Positions 53,932-63,986 of a stretch of DNA of 64,000 nt are shown here, piece by piece. The position numbers and the translations under genes are program-made. Numbering within the stretch: the stretch's first letter is position 1; the number at the start of each line of letters is the position of its first letter. The notes under the pieces were generated by a model, which made no database searches, was not told the DNA's origin, and worked only from the letters and a program-made list of their open reading frames with translations. Origin of the DNA: a virus (Duplodnaviria; Caudoviricetes); the IMG/VR virus record IMGVR_UViG_3300050156_000193, positions 8,450-72,449 of that record. One strand, 5' to 3'.

Positions 53932-55625
53932 CCGAACCTTTACCAATCCCAGAAGCTCAGCCTACTAACCAAGGCATCCTCCAGTACTTCCCCCTTCCTT
54001 CTGCTCGCAAAAGCCAAGAAGCCGTTATCAAGGAAATTGATAGAGTCTTCAAGGAAGGTAAGCGTATCGTTATCCTTGAAGCCCCTGTGGGTTCCGGTAA
54101 GAGTGCGATTGCTATGACTCATGCTCTAGCAGAGGGTGGGTTGATTGAAGGTGCCGGTGGGGCTCACCTCTTGACCCCTCGAAAAGGTCTTCAAGCACAG
54201 TACTATGAAGACTTTGGAAAGGATTTGGTCCTGATGAAGGGTCGGAGTTCTTACCCCTGCGTTTTTGATACCCCATACAAGCACTATACGCCTATCCTAG
54301 ACGCTGTAGCGCAAGGTAGGGTACGTCACCCAGGGTGGAATGAACCTAACTGCGCAGAAGGGCCTTGTAAGGACAATCTAGAAGTTTACAAGATGTGTGT
54401 AGACGAGCGGCCTTGCCCGTACTCTCTTGCCATCAAAGTAGCTCAGGAAAGTCCCGTCATCGTCCACAACCTGCATTCCTTCATCTTCCAAACCAATTTT
54501 GGAGATAAGTTCCAACAACGCCCACTTCTGATCGTGGACGAGGCCCATGAAATTGAAGGGATGGTCCGAGAGTTCATCACAAAGAAGGTTGTAGTCAGGA
54601 CTCGGCTGTCTGATGCCGATATCCAAGCCCTTCAAGGTAATGAGGGGAAGTGTGCTCCGGTGAAAGCTTGGGTAGACTTTCTGCTTCAAGACAAGTTTGT
54701 GCCGGCAATCTCCGAGAGAGACTTGGCCTTAAAAGCTGCTGACCCAGAATACGTCTCAGAACGAGATGAGTACCTGACTAAAGTATCTTCTCTGGAAGAC
54801 AGGGACTACCTCTCTAAAGGCTTTTCAGTAGAAGTTTCTCCTACGTTTAAGCCGGGATCCCAAACTCCGTCTGGAGCAGTGCTCTCCTTCATCCCTCACT
54901 GGGTAGGCTCAGCAGTAGGAAGGCTTTTGCTTGATTACGGAGAGAAAGTCTTGCTCATGTCCGGCACTATCTACAATATGGAAACATATTGTAAAAACCT
55001 AGGAATCAATCTCAGTGATGCCCATATGATCAGGATTGGATCATCCTTCCCTAAGGAAAACCGTCCTATCTATGCCAAGCCGAAGTACCAGGTTAACACT
55101 TCTCATGCAACTTGGAATGAGAACTTCCCGGAGGTCATTGAAAAGATCCAAAGCATCATGGAGATTTTCAAAGATGCCAAGGGACTGATCCACGCTCCAA
55201 GCTATTCCGCAGCGGTGCAAATCACCAATGCTCTGAATAGTCCCAGAGTGGTTTCTCATGAAGCTGACGACTTCCAATCAAAGTTGGAGTCGTTTTATGA
55301 AGACCCTGAGCCCAAGGTTTTCGTGTCCCCTATCTGCCAACAAGGGGTTGACTTCAAAGGGGACCGGGCAAGATTTCAGATTGCAGTCCGGGTACCTTAC
55401 ATGGGGATGGGGTCTAAGTTCGTAGAGGACAAGGTTAAGTCTGACTTCCCCTGGTACAACTACCAGGCCTTGGTAGTGTTTGGCCAAATCATTGGCCGAG
55501 TAAACCGTAGTGAGGACGATTACGGGGCGACCTTCCTTCTCGATGAGCGATTTAACAAGTTCATCCAAAGAAATGGCAAGGCTTTACCTAACTGGGTAAA
55601 AGAAGCTATTATCTGGAAAAACTGA
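53928..55625 (+). CDS. DinG/XPD-like SF2 helicase
   Basis: EAPVGSGKS, Cys cluster, IVDEAH, LLMSGT, QIIGRVNRSEDDYG. Confidence 0.88.
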   Translation: MTEPLPIPEAQPTNQGILQYFPLPSARKSQEAVIKEIDRVFKEGKRIVILEAPVGSGKSAIAMTHALAEGGLIEGAGGAHLLTPRKGLQAQYYEDFGKDLVLMKGRSSYPCVFDTPYKHYTPILDAVAQGRVRHPGWNEPNCAEGPCKDNLEVYKMCVDERPCPYSLAIKVAQESPVIVHNLHSFIFQTNFGDKFQQRPLLIVDEAHEIEGMVREFITKKVVVRTRLSDADIQALQGNEGKCAPVKAWVDFLLQDKFVPAISERDLALKAADPEYVSERDEYLTKVSSLEDRDYLSKGFSVEVSPTFKPGSQTPSGAVLSFIPHWVGSAVGRLLLDYGEKVLLMSGTIYNMETYCKNLGINLSDAHMIRIGSSFPKENRPIYAKPKYQVNTSHATWNENFPEVIEKIQSIMEIFKDAKGLIHAPSYSAAVQITNALNSPRVVSHEADDFQSKLESFYEDPEPKVFVSPICQQGVDFKGDRARFQIAVRVPYMGMGSKFVEDKVKSDFPWYNYQALVVFGQIIGRVNRSEDDYGATFLLDERFNKFIQRNGKALPNWVKEAIIWKN

Positions 55626-55634
55626 AATTCGGAA

Positions 55635-55671
55635 ATCAACTTTTCGTCAATTTCATGGTATAAGAATAGTA
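55635..55671 (+). promoter_or_regulatory. Class I phage promoter
   Basis: ATCAAC-N18-TATAAG-AATAGTA; 11-bp inverted repeat at 55665-55693. Confidence 0.75.
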
Positions 55672-55727
55672 GAGACAGGAAATCTCTACTATTCCAACTC
55701 AACTGTTCTATAACCTAGGAGCCAACT

Positions 55728-55976
55728 TTGGCAAACCTAAATTCAGCCGTTTCATCGATCCCCCTAACCTCCCCGGCCTCCTTTGGCACAAGAACCTTGC
55801 AGGCTGTAGGTATTCGGCGACGGGTGGTTTTGCATACCTTGGATCCAGTCGAGGAGGACGATCTTGGTCTCAAGGATCATCTCTCTTTAGATGATTTGTC
55901 CTCTCTGGGTATCGGTGAAGATGTTGTCTGGGATTATCAAAAGTCTAAGGCCGGACTCTCCCCGGTGCTTTTCTAA
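55728..55976 (+). CDS. Small hypothetical protein
   Basis: SD TAGGAG + TTG after promoter. Confidence 0.5.
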   Translation: MANLNSAVSSIPLTSPASFGTRTLQAVGIRRRVVLHTLDPVEEDDLGLKDHLSLDDLSSLGIGEDVVWDYQKSKAGLSPVLF

Positions 55977-56142
55977 AAAGGATCAGGATCTATGTGGAAT
56001 TGGCAATTCTGGCCAGGGGACACTCAACCCTGCAAACCGGTATCAAAGCCCTTTCGGTTTGTCCAGCAACCTACAGTTGTGACCAAGGGTCCGGCCTCTC
56101 TAGCTGCAACCCCAGTAATCGGAGCGCACGCCAAGAAACCTC

Positions 56143-56940
56143 CTAAGTTCCTGCAAGCCCAGACAGAGAAGCGTCTCCGATCAACTCTCGGATTCTAGCT
56201 AGACCTGCATTCTTGTAACTACGAACTTGGTCTTTGGTTAGACCAAGTTCTCTTGCAATATCTAGAGGTTTTTTTTCGTCTCCATCGAGAAGGCCGAAAG
56301 ATAGGAAGATAACCTTGTTCATTGGGTCGGGAAGCTCCCGGATGACTTTGTGAAGCTTTTCCCGATCTAGTCTAGCATCGACTTCATCTTCTATAGGGTT
56401 TATCTCGAACGAGGAGTCTTCTTGCATGTCCTCTATGTAGAAAGTCAAGTACCGAGTCTGGTACATTTCGAAAAGGACTTTCTCAGGGACGTCTGGGAAC
56501 AGCGGCTTGAGTTCTTCAAAGCTAAGACCATCATTGGCATCAATAGCCTTTTGAATCTTAGTGCCCAGCTGCTGTTTCCAAGTAGGAAGCGACACGATAC
56601 GCTGAGTACTCATCCGCTCTAGAATCCGTTGCTTTACCCACCAGCCTGCATAGGTGAGGAATCGGTACCCTTCTTGCGGTAGGAATTTCTCAATACCTAC
56701 AATCAAGCCTTCGTTGCCGGCGCCGATGAGTTCTTCGAACATCTCAGGGTCACTCTTGCTAAAGTGCTTTGCCTGCTTGAAGACAAATCTAAGATTTGCC
56801 CGAATGATTCGGTCTCGAATCTCTGCCCGTCTGGCCTCTGTGATGCCTTCATCTTGGTACTCCAAGAAAAGGTCAAACTCCTCCTCTTTACCCAAAAGAG
56901 GTTCTTCCATAATCTTGTCGTAGTATTTTCCGATTGACAT
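56143..56940 (-). CDS. Sigma70-family RNA polymerase sigma factor (probable start 56940)
   Basis: Region 1.2 PLLGKEEE; region 2 ANLRFV...GNEGLI.GIEKF...GYRFLTYAGWWVKQ; region 4 HTH; TACAAT-N6-ATG start. Confidence 0.9.
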   Translation of the reverse strand: MSIGKYYDKIMEEPLLGKEEEFDLFLEYQDEGITEARRAEIRDRIIRANLRFVFKQAKHFSKSDPEMFEELIGAGNEGLIVGIEKFLPQEGYRFLTYAGWWVKQRILERMSTQRIVSLPTWKQQLGTKIQKAIDANDGLSFEELKPLFPDVPEKVLFEMYQTRYLTFYIEDMQEDSSFEINPIEDEVDARLDREKLHKVIRELPDPMNKVIFLSFGLLDGDEKKPLDIARELGLTKDQVRSYKNAGLARIRELIGDASLSGLAGT

Positions 56941-57006
56941 GCTTGGATTGTACGATACAATCTGAAAGTATTCAACTATTTTTGTTCGAAAGGTCCTAAT
57001 AGTTTT

Positions 57007-57219
57007 ATGATTAAAGTCGAATCCCAACTGATCAAGGAACGAGGCATTGTTGCTTTTCGTTTTGAGTCTTCGTCTGCAGCAGATTTGCCTGCACTGGATC
57101 TGCTGGTAAGCTGTCTGTATGGCAAGCAAGATACTGAGGTTGCGTACACCTCAAGTAACGTGGTCTTGGCTCATTTCCGGGGGATGCCTGCGGATATCTT
57201 TGAAGATCCGCATGGTTGA
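57007..57219 (+). CDS. Small hypothetical protein
   Basis: Divergent from sigma gene. Confidence 0.45.
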   Translation: MIKVESQLIKERGIVAFRFESSSAADLPALDLLVSCLYGKQDTEVAYTSSNVVLAHFRGMPADIFEDPHG

Positions 57220-57249
57220 CAACGGTTGATAGAAACCGACCGCCTTCAA

Positions 57250-57278
57250 TTCAACAATTCCGCAAACCTTGGTATAAG
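57250..57278 (+). promoter_or_regulatory. Class I phage promoter
   Basis: TTCAAC-N17-TATAAG. Confidence 0.75.
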
Positions 57279-57316
57279 AAAATTGCCAAGCAAACACTAG
57301 CTTTTGAGGTGCTACC

Positions 57317-57481
57317 ATGCTAGAAAAAACCGGGGCTTTGATTCTGACTCGTTCAGAGCTAAGCCAAATCCAATCAGGTCAAGTACCTGACAGAATCGCT
57401 CAGACTTGGGGGTTGTCTCTTCCTGAACTTAGTGCTATAATTGCGTCCAGTCAGTACACACTGTTGGATTCTTTAACCTAA
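57317..57481 (+). CDS. Small hypothetical protein (unlisted ORF)
   Basis: SD GAGGT + ATG; 54 aa. Confidence 0.5.
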   Translation: MLEKTGALILTRSELSQIQSGQVPDRIAQTWGLSLPELSAIIASSQYTLLDSLT

Positions 57482-57538
57482 CCTCTCAAGTCTTGCCAAA
57501 AGTCAAGCTTCATCCTTTTTACTTTTTGGAAACATACA

Positions 57539-58408
57539 ATGCAAAATCTCGATAATCTCAAAGTCCTAGCGGAGAACCTCCCCGACGAGCTTAAAGCAAA
57601 TGCCCTGGCACTCATTGAAGAAATGGGCGCTGTCATTGAAGGTGTTGGGGACGACCCGGTTACCTGGAAGCCCCCTTTCCTCCGCCTGGTCCAAGGCACC
57701 ACCGACCGCAGCGCTATCCCGAAGGGGACAGCTATCGGCGACTTCGTTATGGGGGAGGTAAAGGTGGAGCAACCTCTTAAGTTCATCCCTATTCGTATCT
57801 GGGATGCTCGTCAATACTGGGACCCCGATCAAACTAACAGCCGTATGTTATGCTGGAGCCCTGACGCAAAGTTTGGGGCTATCGGCCAGAACTGTAAAGC
57901 CTGCCCTCATGCTGTTTGGCGAGAGGAAGGTGGATCTGACTGCGGTAAAATCAAGGCCATCCTTGCCATCACAGCCGACCTTACCAAAGTCTTTACGGTG
58001 AACTTTAGTAAGTCTGGGTTCAAGGTTGGCATGGAGCTGGAAAGCCTGATGAAGAAGGCTGGAGTTTCCCCTTATAAGCGAACCTACGGTCTGAAGAGTG
58101 AAACCAGCTCGACGGCAAAGAATGTTGAGGTATTCAAGATTGAGGTCCTTGATGAAAAGTCTCGTAAAACTCCAGATGCTTTAGTACCCTTCCTAGAAGC
58201 GCTCTTTTCCGCAGTCTCATCGGATCGCAAGGAAATGATTGACCATTTCTATGAAAATGCCAAGCTCCGTGCTGAGCAACTGGCGTTGTCGGCCCCTGCG
58301 ACTGAAGATCCTGTTGCGGACAATACCTCTACCCTGCAAATTGCAGAGGAGGTGACGGATGTGACTCCTAAGTCGGTGAGCCCCTTAGCTAAGAGCTACA
58401 GCGTTTAA
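57539..58408 (+). CDS. Probable ssDNA-binding/recombination protein
   Basis: PPFLRLVQ...C.SPD...C..CP..W...C pattern; acidic flexible tail; replication context. Confidence 0.5.
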   Translation: MQNLDNLKVLAENLPDELKANALALIEEMGAVIEGVGDDPVTWKPPFLRLVQGTTDRSAIPKGTAIGDFVMGEVKVEQPLKFIPIRIWDARQYWDPDQTNSRMLCWSPDAKFGAIGQNCKACPHAVWREEGGSDCGKIKAILAITADLTKVFTVNFSKSGFKVGMELESLMKKAGVSPYKRTYGLKSETSSTAKNVEVFKIEVLDEKSRKTPDALVPFLEALFSAVSSDRKEMIDHFYENAKLRAEQLALSAPATEDPVADNTSTLQIAEEVTDVTPKSVSPLAKSYSV

Positions 58409-58437
58409 ACGCTGCTAGTGCCAAGTTTAGCTTAGAC

Positions 58438-58468
58438 AAGAGCCTGTATCCCTACAGGCTCTTTTTTT
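58438..58468 (+). terminator. Intrinsic terminator
   Basis: AAGAGCCTGTA-tccc-TACAGGCTC-T7. Confidence 0.9.
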
Positions 58469-58494
58469 AGACCGATCCACTTAAAAACCAAATC

Positions 58495-59310
58495 ATGTCA
58501 AAAACCCCTAGCCTAAATACTGGATTCACATTCCTAGATCCTTCAGTGGAAGATCTTGAAAATGAAGATCATCAAGAGCCTTTGGGAGATGAGTGGGTTG
58601 ATATTAAAAGCTTACCTCTTCTAGAAACCCTTTCAGAACCCCCACCCAAGAACGTATCTAAAGACGAAGCTACTTTTATTCAGGAATTGCAGCAGCTCCT
58701 GGATCCTTCTCCTCGGTATGCCTCTGGGAAGAAACTGAGTATTCGATGCTTCATGATGCCAAATAGTAAGGTTTTTCTTGGGTTCTTACTTCAAGAAATT
58801 GAAGATAGTTTCGTGGTGGCGTTACCCTCCGTTTTGGCAGAAGATCAACTAGGTCTCCAGTTTACTGTAGACATTCCATTCTCCCCCATCGTGAGACTTT
58901 CTAAAAGCGGCGCCATGGTAGGGATCCCTAACTTGGAAACTATGCACACTTTCCTGGTAGGATCTCAATCTAAGCTAGGATCCATTCCCGGTTTCTTCAA
59001 TGAAGCCCGTAAGGAGCAAATACGGACTTTAATAGAGAAGTTGGAACAGACCCCGGGAGTCCAAAACAAGAGGTTATCTGAGAAATTCATTGATGAGGCT
59101 AGGGAAATCGGAAAGACTAGATCTGACGGTAAGAACCTTAGAGGTCGTGGTAGAGATACTGAGTCTCACATTGAGGCAATAGCAGACCTCATTCAATCCG
59201 CCTCCGAAAAGGGTTTGGATATAAGCATGCTAGATCTTGACGGTCCAGAAGAAGACGAGTATGATTCTGCAACTAGATTCAAACCTCCTACTTCTAAATA
59301 CCGCCATTAA
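58495..59310 (+). CDS. Hypothetical protein
   Basis: 271-aa acidic ORF. Confidence 0.6.
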   Translation: MSKTPSLNTGFTFLDPSVEDLENEDHQEPLGDEWVDIKSLPLLETLSEPPPKNVSKDEATFIQELQQLLDPSPRYASGKKLSIRCFMMPNSKVFLGFLLQEIEDSFVVALPSVLAEDQLGLQFTVDIPFSPIVRLSKSGAMVGIPNLETMHTFLVGSQSKLGSIPGFFNEARKEQIRTLIEKLEQTPGVQNKRLSEKFIDEAREIGKTRSDGKNLRGRGRDTESHIEAIADLIQSASEKGLDISMLDLDGPEEDEYDSATRFKPPTSKYRH

Positions 59311-59315
59311 ATATC

Positions 59316-60473
59316 ATGTCTAATCCCGAAGATCCTACCCCCAGCGCTGTAAATCCTAAAGAAAACTCTTCCAAGGTTATACAGACAAACAAAACCTCTT
59401 TTTATGGAGGTATGGATCTTCCGCCCTGGGATGAAATTGGGGTGCCCACCTCTAAACCTAATAAAGGATCGTCAGTGACCGATCAAACCCTCCTCTCAGG
59501 GACTGCCGATGCTGTAGCCGCACCTTCAGAGCCCTTGGCTCCTAAAACTGAACTGTCTGAAGAAGAGCTTGCAGAGTTTGCAAAACTCATTGCAGACTTA
59601 GACGGAGAGGTGCCTGCTCCTAAGATTGACCTGGTTTCCCTAGGTCCTTGGAGTACCTCTAAATACAAGACTTTAAAGAAGTGCCCGTTCCAGTTCTACC
59701 TTAAGTACATTCTTAAGCTCAAGATCCCGGAGCATTTTCAACTCCAAAGCGACCCCGTATCTGCTAATGTAGGTAAGGCTGCTCACGAGATCCTTGAGAA
59801 TGTGCTCCTGGGGAAAAGCGTGGATGCCTCCTACGCCAAAGTTCGAAAGAACTACGTAGATAAGAAGGTTCTCAGTGCTGAATTGTGGGAAGAGAAGGTT
59901 ACCGTCCTTTACTACAACATCACTCAGTTCAAAGAACGAATCGAGGCTTTTGGCCGTCAGAATAAGATTAAACGAGTACTAACTGAATTGCGAATCGGGA
60001 TTACCCGAGACTTCCAAACAGCTGGGTTCTTTGATGACGATGTCTGGCTCCGAGGCGTCATTGACTTAGTCATTATGCTCGAGAATGGGGATATCATCAT
60101 CTTTGACCATAAGACTGGTGGAGGCCAAGGCTCGGTCAAGATGTATCAAGACCAGCTAGACTGGTACAAGATCCTATTTCACTTCGGCATTAATAAGATT
60201 GAAGGTGCCCAGACCGGAGTACACTTCATTGCTGCCGGGGAGGTGAAAATGGCGGAGTACTCTCATCATACAGAGATTGAGAGTAAGCTTAAAAACACCA
60301 TGGAGATGAGTATTGAAGGTGCCATTGATAGTATGCTTGAGAAAGGCTACTTCAAGCATGTCCGAGGCTCCTATTGTAAGTGGTGTGATTACGACAACAT
60401 GGGCTGCAAGTCTGGAGCCCTTAAACCCATAGAGTTAGGAACTAAGAAATGGATTCCGATCCGACAAGCATAG
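59316..60473 (+). CDS. Cas4/RecB-like PD-(D/E)xK exonuclease
   Basis: S.SK...CP..F, GKAAHEILE, RGVIDL...DHKTG, CKWC...C Fe-S ligands. Confidence 0.85.
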   Translation: MSNPEDPTPSAVNPKENSSKVIQTNKTSFYGGMDLPPWDEIGVPTSKPNKGSSVTDQTLLSGTADAVAAPSEPLAPKTELSEEELAEFAKLIADLDGEVPAPKIDLVSLGPWSTSKYKTLKKCPFQFYLKYILKLKIPEHFQLQSDPVSANVGKAAHEILENVLLGKSVDASYAKVRKNYVDKKVLSAELWEEKVTVLYYNITQFKERIEAFGRQNKIKRVLTELRIGITRDFQTAGFFDDDVWLRGVIDLVIMLENGDIIIFDHKTGGGQGSVKMYQDQLDWYKILFHFGINKIEGAQTGVHFIAAGEVKMAEYSHHTEIESKLKNTMEMSIEGAIDSMLEKGYFKHVRGSYCKWCDYDNMGCKSGALKPIELGTKKWIPIRQA

Positions 60474-60565
60474 CCACTAGGCAGGACATTCTATAGTCTA
60501 CTGGACAGAAAAGCACGGGCAAGATAAAATGCCCGCTCCTTCAACTTTTCTAGAGATACCTTTGA

Positions 60566-63500
60566 ATGTTTAGTCTAATTAAAAACCAAGTCCCCCTTCT
60601 TGCCGAGTTAGAGAAAGACTTAAGTGTAACGTTTCGTCAGATGGGGGACAAGAATTGGATTATTGAAGGAGATGCTCTTTCCGAATCCTGCCCTTTCTGC
60701 GGCCACCATGATTGCTTCAGAGTACATGCACCAGAAGGTGATAACTCCGCCGCCTTTTATAAATGCTTCTCGTGTGGGGAACACGGGGATGTTATCTCTT
60801 GGAGGGCTAAACACAAGAGCCTGTCAGTCGCAGAAGCAGTCAGAGAACTCGCCAAAGAGTACGATATTAAGCTTCCATTTGACTACAGCCCAGTGCAGCA
60901 AGTCTTTAATCTTGCTGCTGACTATTACCACGCCTGTTTAAACGAAGCTTGTGACAAACCTACCCCGTTACTAGGGGGGTTAACTCCGTTACGATACCAG
61001 ACGGAAGTCCGTAAGCGGCTACCAGCTACCCTGACCCGTTGTAAGGTGGGGTTCTCGGACGGGAAGCTTTGTGAGTACTTGGATAGTCTTGGTATCGACC
61101 AGGAAGTTATCTTAGAGTCCGGCTTAATGAACAAGAAGACCGGTCGGGACTACCTGCCGGAAAACTGTTTCATTTACCCCCACTTTATCAAGGGTAAGGT
61201 TAGTCACTTTACTTTCAAGGATCCGCTCAAGAAGCGGGAATACCAGCTCCCAAAGAAGTTCTCTTTGAACGGATACCTATTCTATGGCCAGGACTCTTTC
61301 TCAGAGTCTGACGCCCTGGTACTGGTTGAAGGAGAGAACGACCGCTTAGCCGTCCTGGAAGCAGGAGGGGGTCTGGGCGTTTTTGCTATCATCGGCCAAA
61401 TCTCAGGGGAGCAGCTGGACTGGCTCCGTCTGAACTGCAAGACTAAGAAGATTGTTACGATCTTCGATCCGGACTCTGCTGGGGATAAGTATAGAGAAAA
61501 GGTAGAAGGTCTTCGAAAGTTCTTCGCTGGGCTTGCTCACGTCTATCCCCCAGAAGACAAGGACATTGATGAACTGTTGGTGGGTGGCGGAAACCTAGGG
61601 GAGATCGTCAAGAATAACCTTGTCAAAGTAGATCTGAACAAGGTTAAGCCTACTCCCTTGGACGGGGTTTGGGGGGAGGGTTCTAGTTCTACCGAGTCTT
61701 CGTCAAATCCGACTCAACCTTCCCAAACCTATCCTACGGCACCAACCCCCGGGAATACTACTGGAGTCATTGGCGTTGTGGAAGACGCTTCTATTCTAGG
61801 TTCACAGGAGGTTCCTGCCCCTGCCTCCTCCGCCTCTTCTGCACCCTGGGAATCCTCTGGGTCAAACGAGGTGGAGGTACTTCAACCTGCGCCTCCTCAG
61901 ATTGCCAGCTATATTCCTCCGAACGTACCTTCTGAGCAAGACCCGGACTCTGATGAGTCTACAGAGTTGGTTGAGCTTGAAGACTGTCCAATCATTCAAC
62001 GAAAAGGTTGCTATTGGCGGGTACGGTATAAGGACGGGGTGGCTGACTATTTCCGACTCAGTAACTTCATCATCGAATTGAAGAACGTTTTCCAGGATGA
62101 AGAAGGGGATCGTCTACGTGAAGTCGTCGTCCGTCGTCAAGACGGTAGTCGAAGCAAGCCTTTCTTCATCGATTCAGAAACTAAGGTTTCCAGTAAGCCT
62201 TTCCGAGTATTGGCCGCTAGAAACCTAGACTGTGAATGGATGGGTAAGGATTCTGATCTCGATGGTATGTGGAGATTAGTCTATGACCAATTTCCGGATG
62301 TTACTATTAATATCCCCAAGCATGTAGGGAGACATGCCGGAAATAAGTGTTGGATATTCCAGAATATCCTTATTACTGATAATGGGGTGGTGGTTAAGCC
62401 TGATGATAATAACGTATTTTGGATATCTGGAAAAAGCGTAGGTATTCGTCCACAGAGTATTGTGCAAGCAGAATCTGCAGAGGGTATCCCTTCATTATGC
62501 ACTTCTCTTAGCCGAGAAGAATCCTCTGACCTTTTACAGGGGGCTATTCAGCAGCTGGGTAATAATTTAGGGAATCTAGGTGTTGCATTAACCTGTGTGG
62601 GATGGATTCAATCCAATGCATATTCCGACTTAATATTCAAGGCCAATAACGGCTTTGGTATTTTGATGTTTTGGGGTATTGGTGGTCAAGGTAAATCTAC
62701 GGTGATTAAATGGCTGCAACATTTCTTTGGGCTTAAAGAGAAAATGGCTAGTACTGCAGTTCAGCAGCTTCGAAGCGGGATCGGGTTTATGCGGAAGGGT
62801 GCATATTACAGCTCAATACCTCTGGTACTGGATGAGCTTAGAAGTGATGAGCTAAGTAATAGCTACCTGGGGATGATCCGATCCTGGTATGACAGAGAAG
62901 GTCGAACCGTAGCCACTGCCAATGATCAGGTCAAGGTTCTACCTATTCGGTCAACTTTGATCCTAGCAGGAGAGGATCTTCCTGCAGACCCTGCTACTCG
63001 GGAGCGCTGTATCTCTGTTCGGGTTCCCAGAACTGGGAGAGAGATGCAAGAAAGCTATGAATGGTACGAGGACAACCTCCAATCTCTAAGCAATATCTTC
63101 TACTACTGGATCCTAGAGTCTTGCAACGCAGGTAGGCAGACTGAAGTATTAGCCGGGATAAAGGACTTAGATAAGGAGTTGGTGAAGGCTGGGTGCTCGA
63201 AGCGGGTCAGCAAGGTCTGGGCTACAGCAGGGTACTTCGGTATGGAGATGGCCAAAAAGTACTTCCCAGAGTTTGATTACCTGGCATACCTAGTGGAGGC
63301 ATGTGAGATAGAACAATCCCAGCAGGTAGATGATTCCACTCTCTCTTCGTTCTTTGAGAGTCTTGCAGCTATGATTGCTCGGGAGAACTCTGTGATCACC
63401 GGGGCGCACATCCGGAAGGAAGGAGACCTCCTTCATATCTGGTACCCAGCTGTATTCAAAGAAGTGAAGAGTGACTCTCGAGGAGGACTGACCTTCTCGA

Positions 63501-63661
63501 AGAACATGCTTCTCAGAGCCATCAGAGAAGAGGGTTACTTTGTAGCAGATGACCGAAAGGTTCAAATGGGGCTATCCGGGACCAGGAGAACTGTCCTTAC
63601 CTTGGACCTTACCAAGGCACCTTCGTTGGTGATTTCCATTGCCGAGAGCATGGATGACTAG
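60566..63661 (+). CDS. Primase-helicase fusion (CHC2 Zn finger + DnaG-type Toprim + DUF927-like + NTPase)
   Basis: CPFCGH...CFSC, LVEGEND, FDPDSAG, DIDE; GIGGQGKST Walker A, LVLDE Walker B; Pro/Ser-rich linker. Confidence 0.85.
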   Translation: MFSLIKNQVPLLAELEKDLSVTFRQMGDKNWIIEGDALSESCPFCGHHDCFRVHAPEGDNSAAFYKCFSCGEHGDVISWRAKHKSLSVAEAVRELAKEYDIKLPFDYSPVQQVFNLAADYYHACLNEACDKPTPLLGGLTPLRYQTEVRKRLPATLTRCKVGFSDGKLCEYLDSLGIDQEVILESGLMNKKTGRDYLPENCFIYPHFIKGKVSHFTFKDPLKKREYQLPKKFSLNGYLFYGQDSFSESDALVLVEGENDRLAVLEAGGGLGVFAIIGQISGEQLDWLRLNCKTKKIVTIFDPDSAGDKYREKVEGLRKFFAGLAHVYPPEDKDIDELLVGGGNLGEIVKNNLVKVDLNKVKPTPLDGVWGEGSSSTESSSNPTQPSQTYPTAPTPGNTTGVIGVVEDASILGSQEVPAPASSASSAPWESSGSNEVEVLQPAPPQIASYIPPNVPSEQDPDSDESTELVELEDCPIIQRKGCYWRVRYKDGVADYFRLSNFIIELKNVFQDEEGDRLREVVVRRQDGSRSKPFFIDSETKVSSKPFRVLAARNLDCEWMGKDSDLDGMWRLVYDQFPDVTINIPKHVGRHAGNKCWIFQNILITDNGVVVKPDDNNVFWISGKSVGIRPQSIVQAESAEGIPSLCTSLSREESSDLLQGAIQQLGNNLGNLGVALTCVGWIQSNAYSDLIFKANNGFGILMFWGIGGQGKSTVIKWLQHFFGLKEKMASTAVQQLRSGIGFMRKGAYYSSIPLVLDELRSDELSNSYLGMIRSWYDREGRTVATANDQVKVLPIRSTLILAGEDLPADPATRERCISVRVPRTGREMQESYEWYEDNLQSLSNIFYYWILESCNAGRQTEVLAGIKDLDKELVKAGCSKRVSKVWATAGYFGMEMAKKYFPEFDYLAYLVEACEIEQSQQVDDSTLSSFFESLAAMIARENSVITGAHIRKEGDLLHIWYPAVFKEVKSDSRGGLTFSKNMLLRAIREEGYFVADDRKVQMGLSGTRRTVLTLDLTKAPSLVISIAESMDD

Positions 63662-63697
63662 CTTAGTTCAGGCTTGGCCTGAACCTTTGAGAACTTC

Positions 63698-63723
63698 GAC
63701 CCGCCTAGTGCGGGTCTTTTTTT
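63698..63723 (+). terminator. Intrinsic terminator
   Basis: GACCCGC-ctagt-GCGGGTC-T7. Confidence 0.85.
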
Positions 63724-63875
63724 AGCCTACCTATCCCTACCCTCACCCTAACTTTCCACGAAGGAGGTCTCAGTGCCTCTTTGGAGGGGTCTGGCAAAGA
63801 GGTTGGTGGAGGGCCCGCCAACCTCTCCGACAACTTTTCCACCGTCCGGTTTCCTGGGCAGCTCTGGGTCGGAAA

Positions 63876-63986
63876 GTCTAAAAAGTCCAAAAATAATTGG
63901 ACATGTCCAAAAATGTCCAATTTTGTGTCCAAAAATAATTTTTCAAAACTCCAGAGTTTACTGGTGTTTCGAGAGTGTCCAAAAAT
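63876..63986. repeat. GTCCAAAAAT iteron-like cluster (candidate replication origin)
   Basis: GTCCAAAAAT at 63885, 63905, 63927 and 63977; partial/inverted copies at 63876, 63897 and 63915; AT-rich. Confidence 0.6.

Noticed and set aside
56941-57129. N-terminal 63-aa extension of the sigma ORF
   Set aside because: Overlaps a divergent ORF and precedes region 1.2; TACAAT-N6-ATG supports the start at 56940. The ORF-track starts at 21178, 36502, 41849, 42897 and 48345 were shortened for similar reasons
59316-60473. Cas4 as evidence of a CRISPR-Cas system
   Set aside because: Stand-alone phage exonuclease in a replication operon; no cas1/cas2 or array
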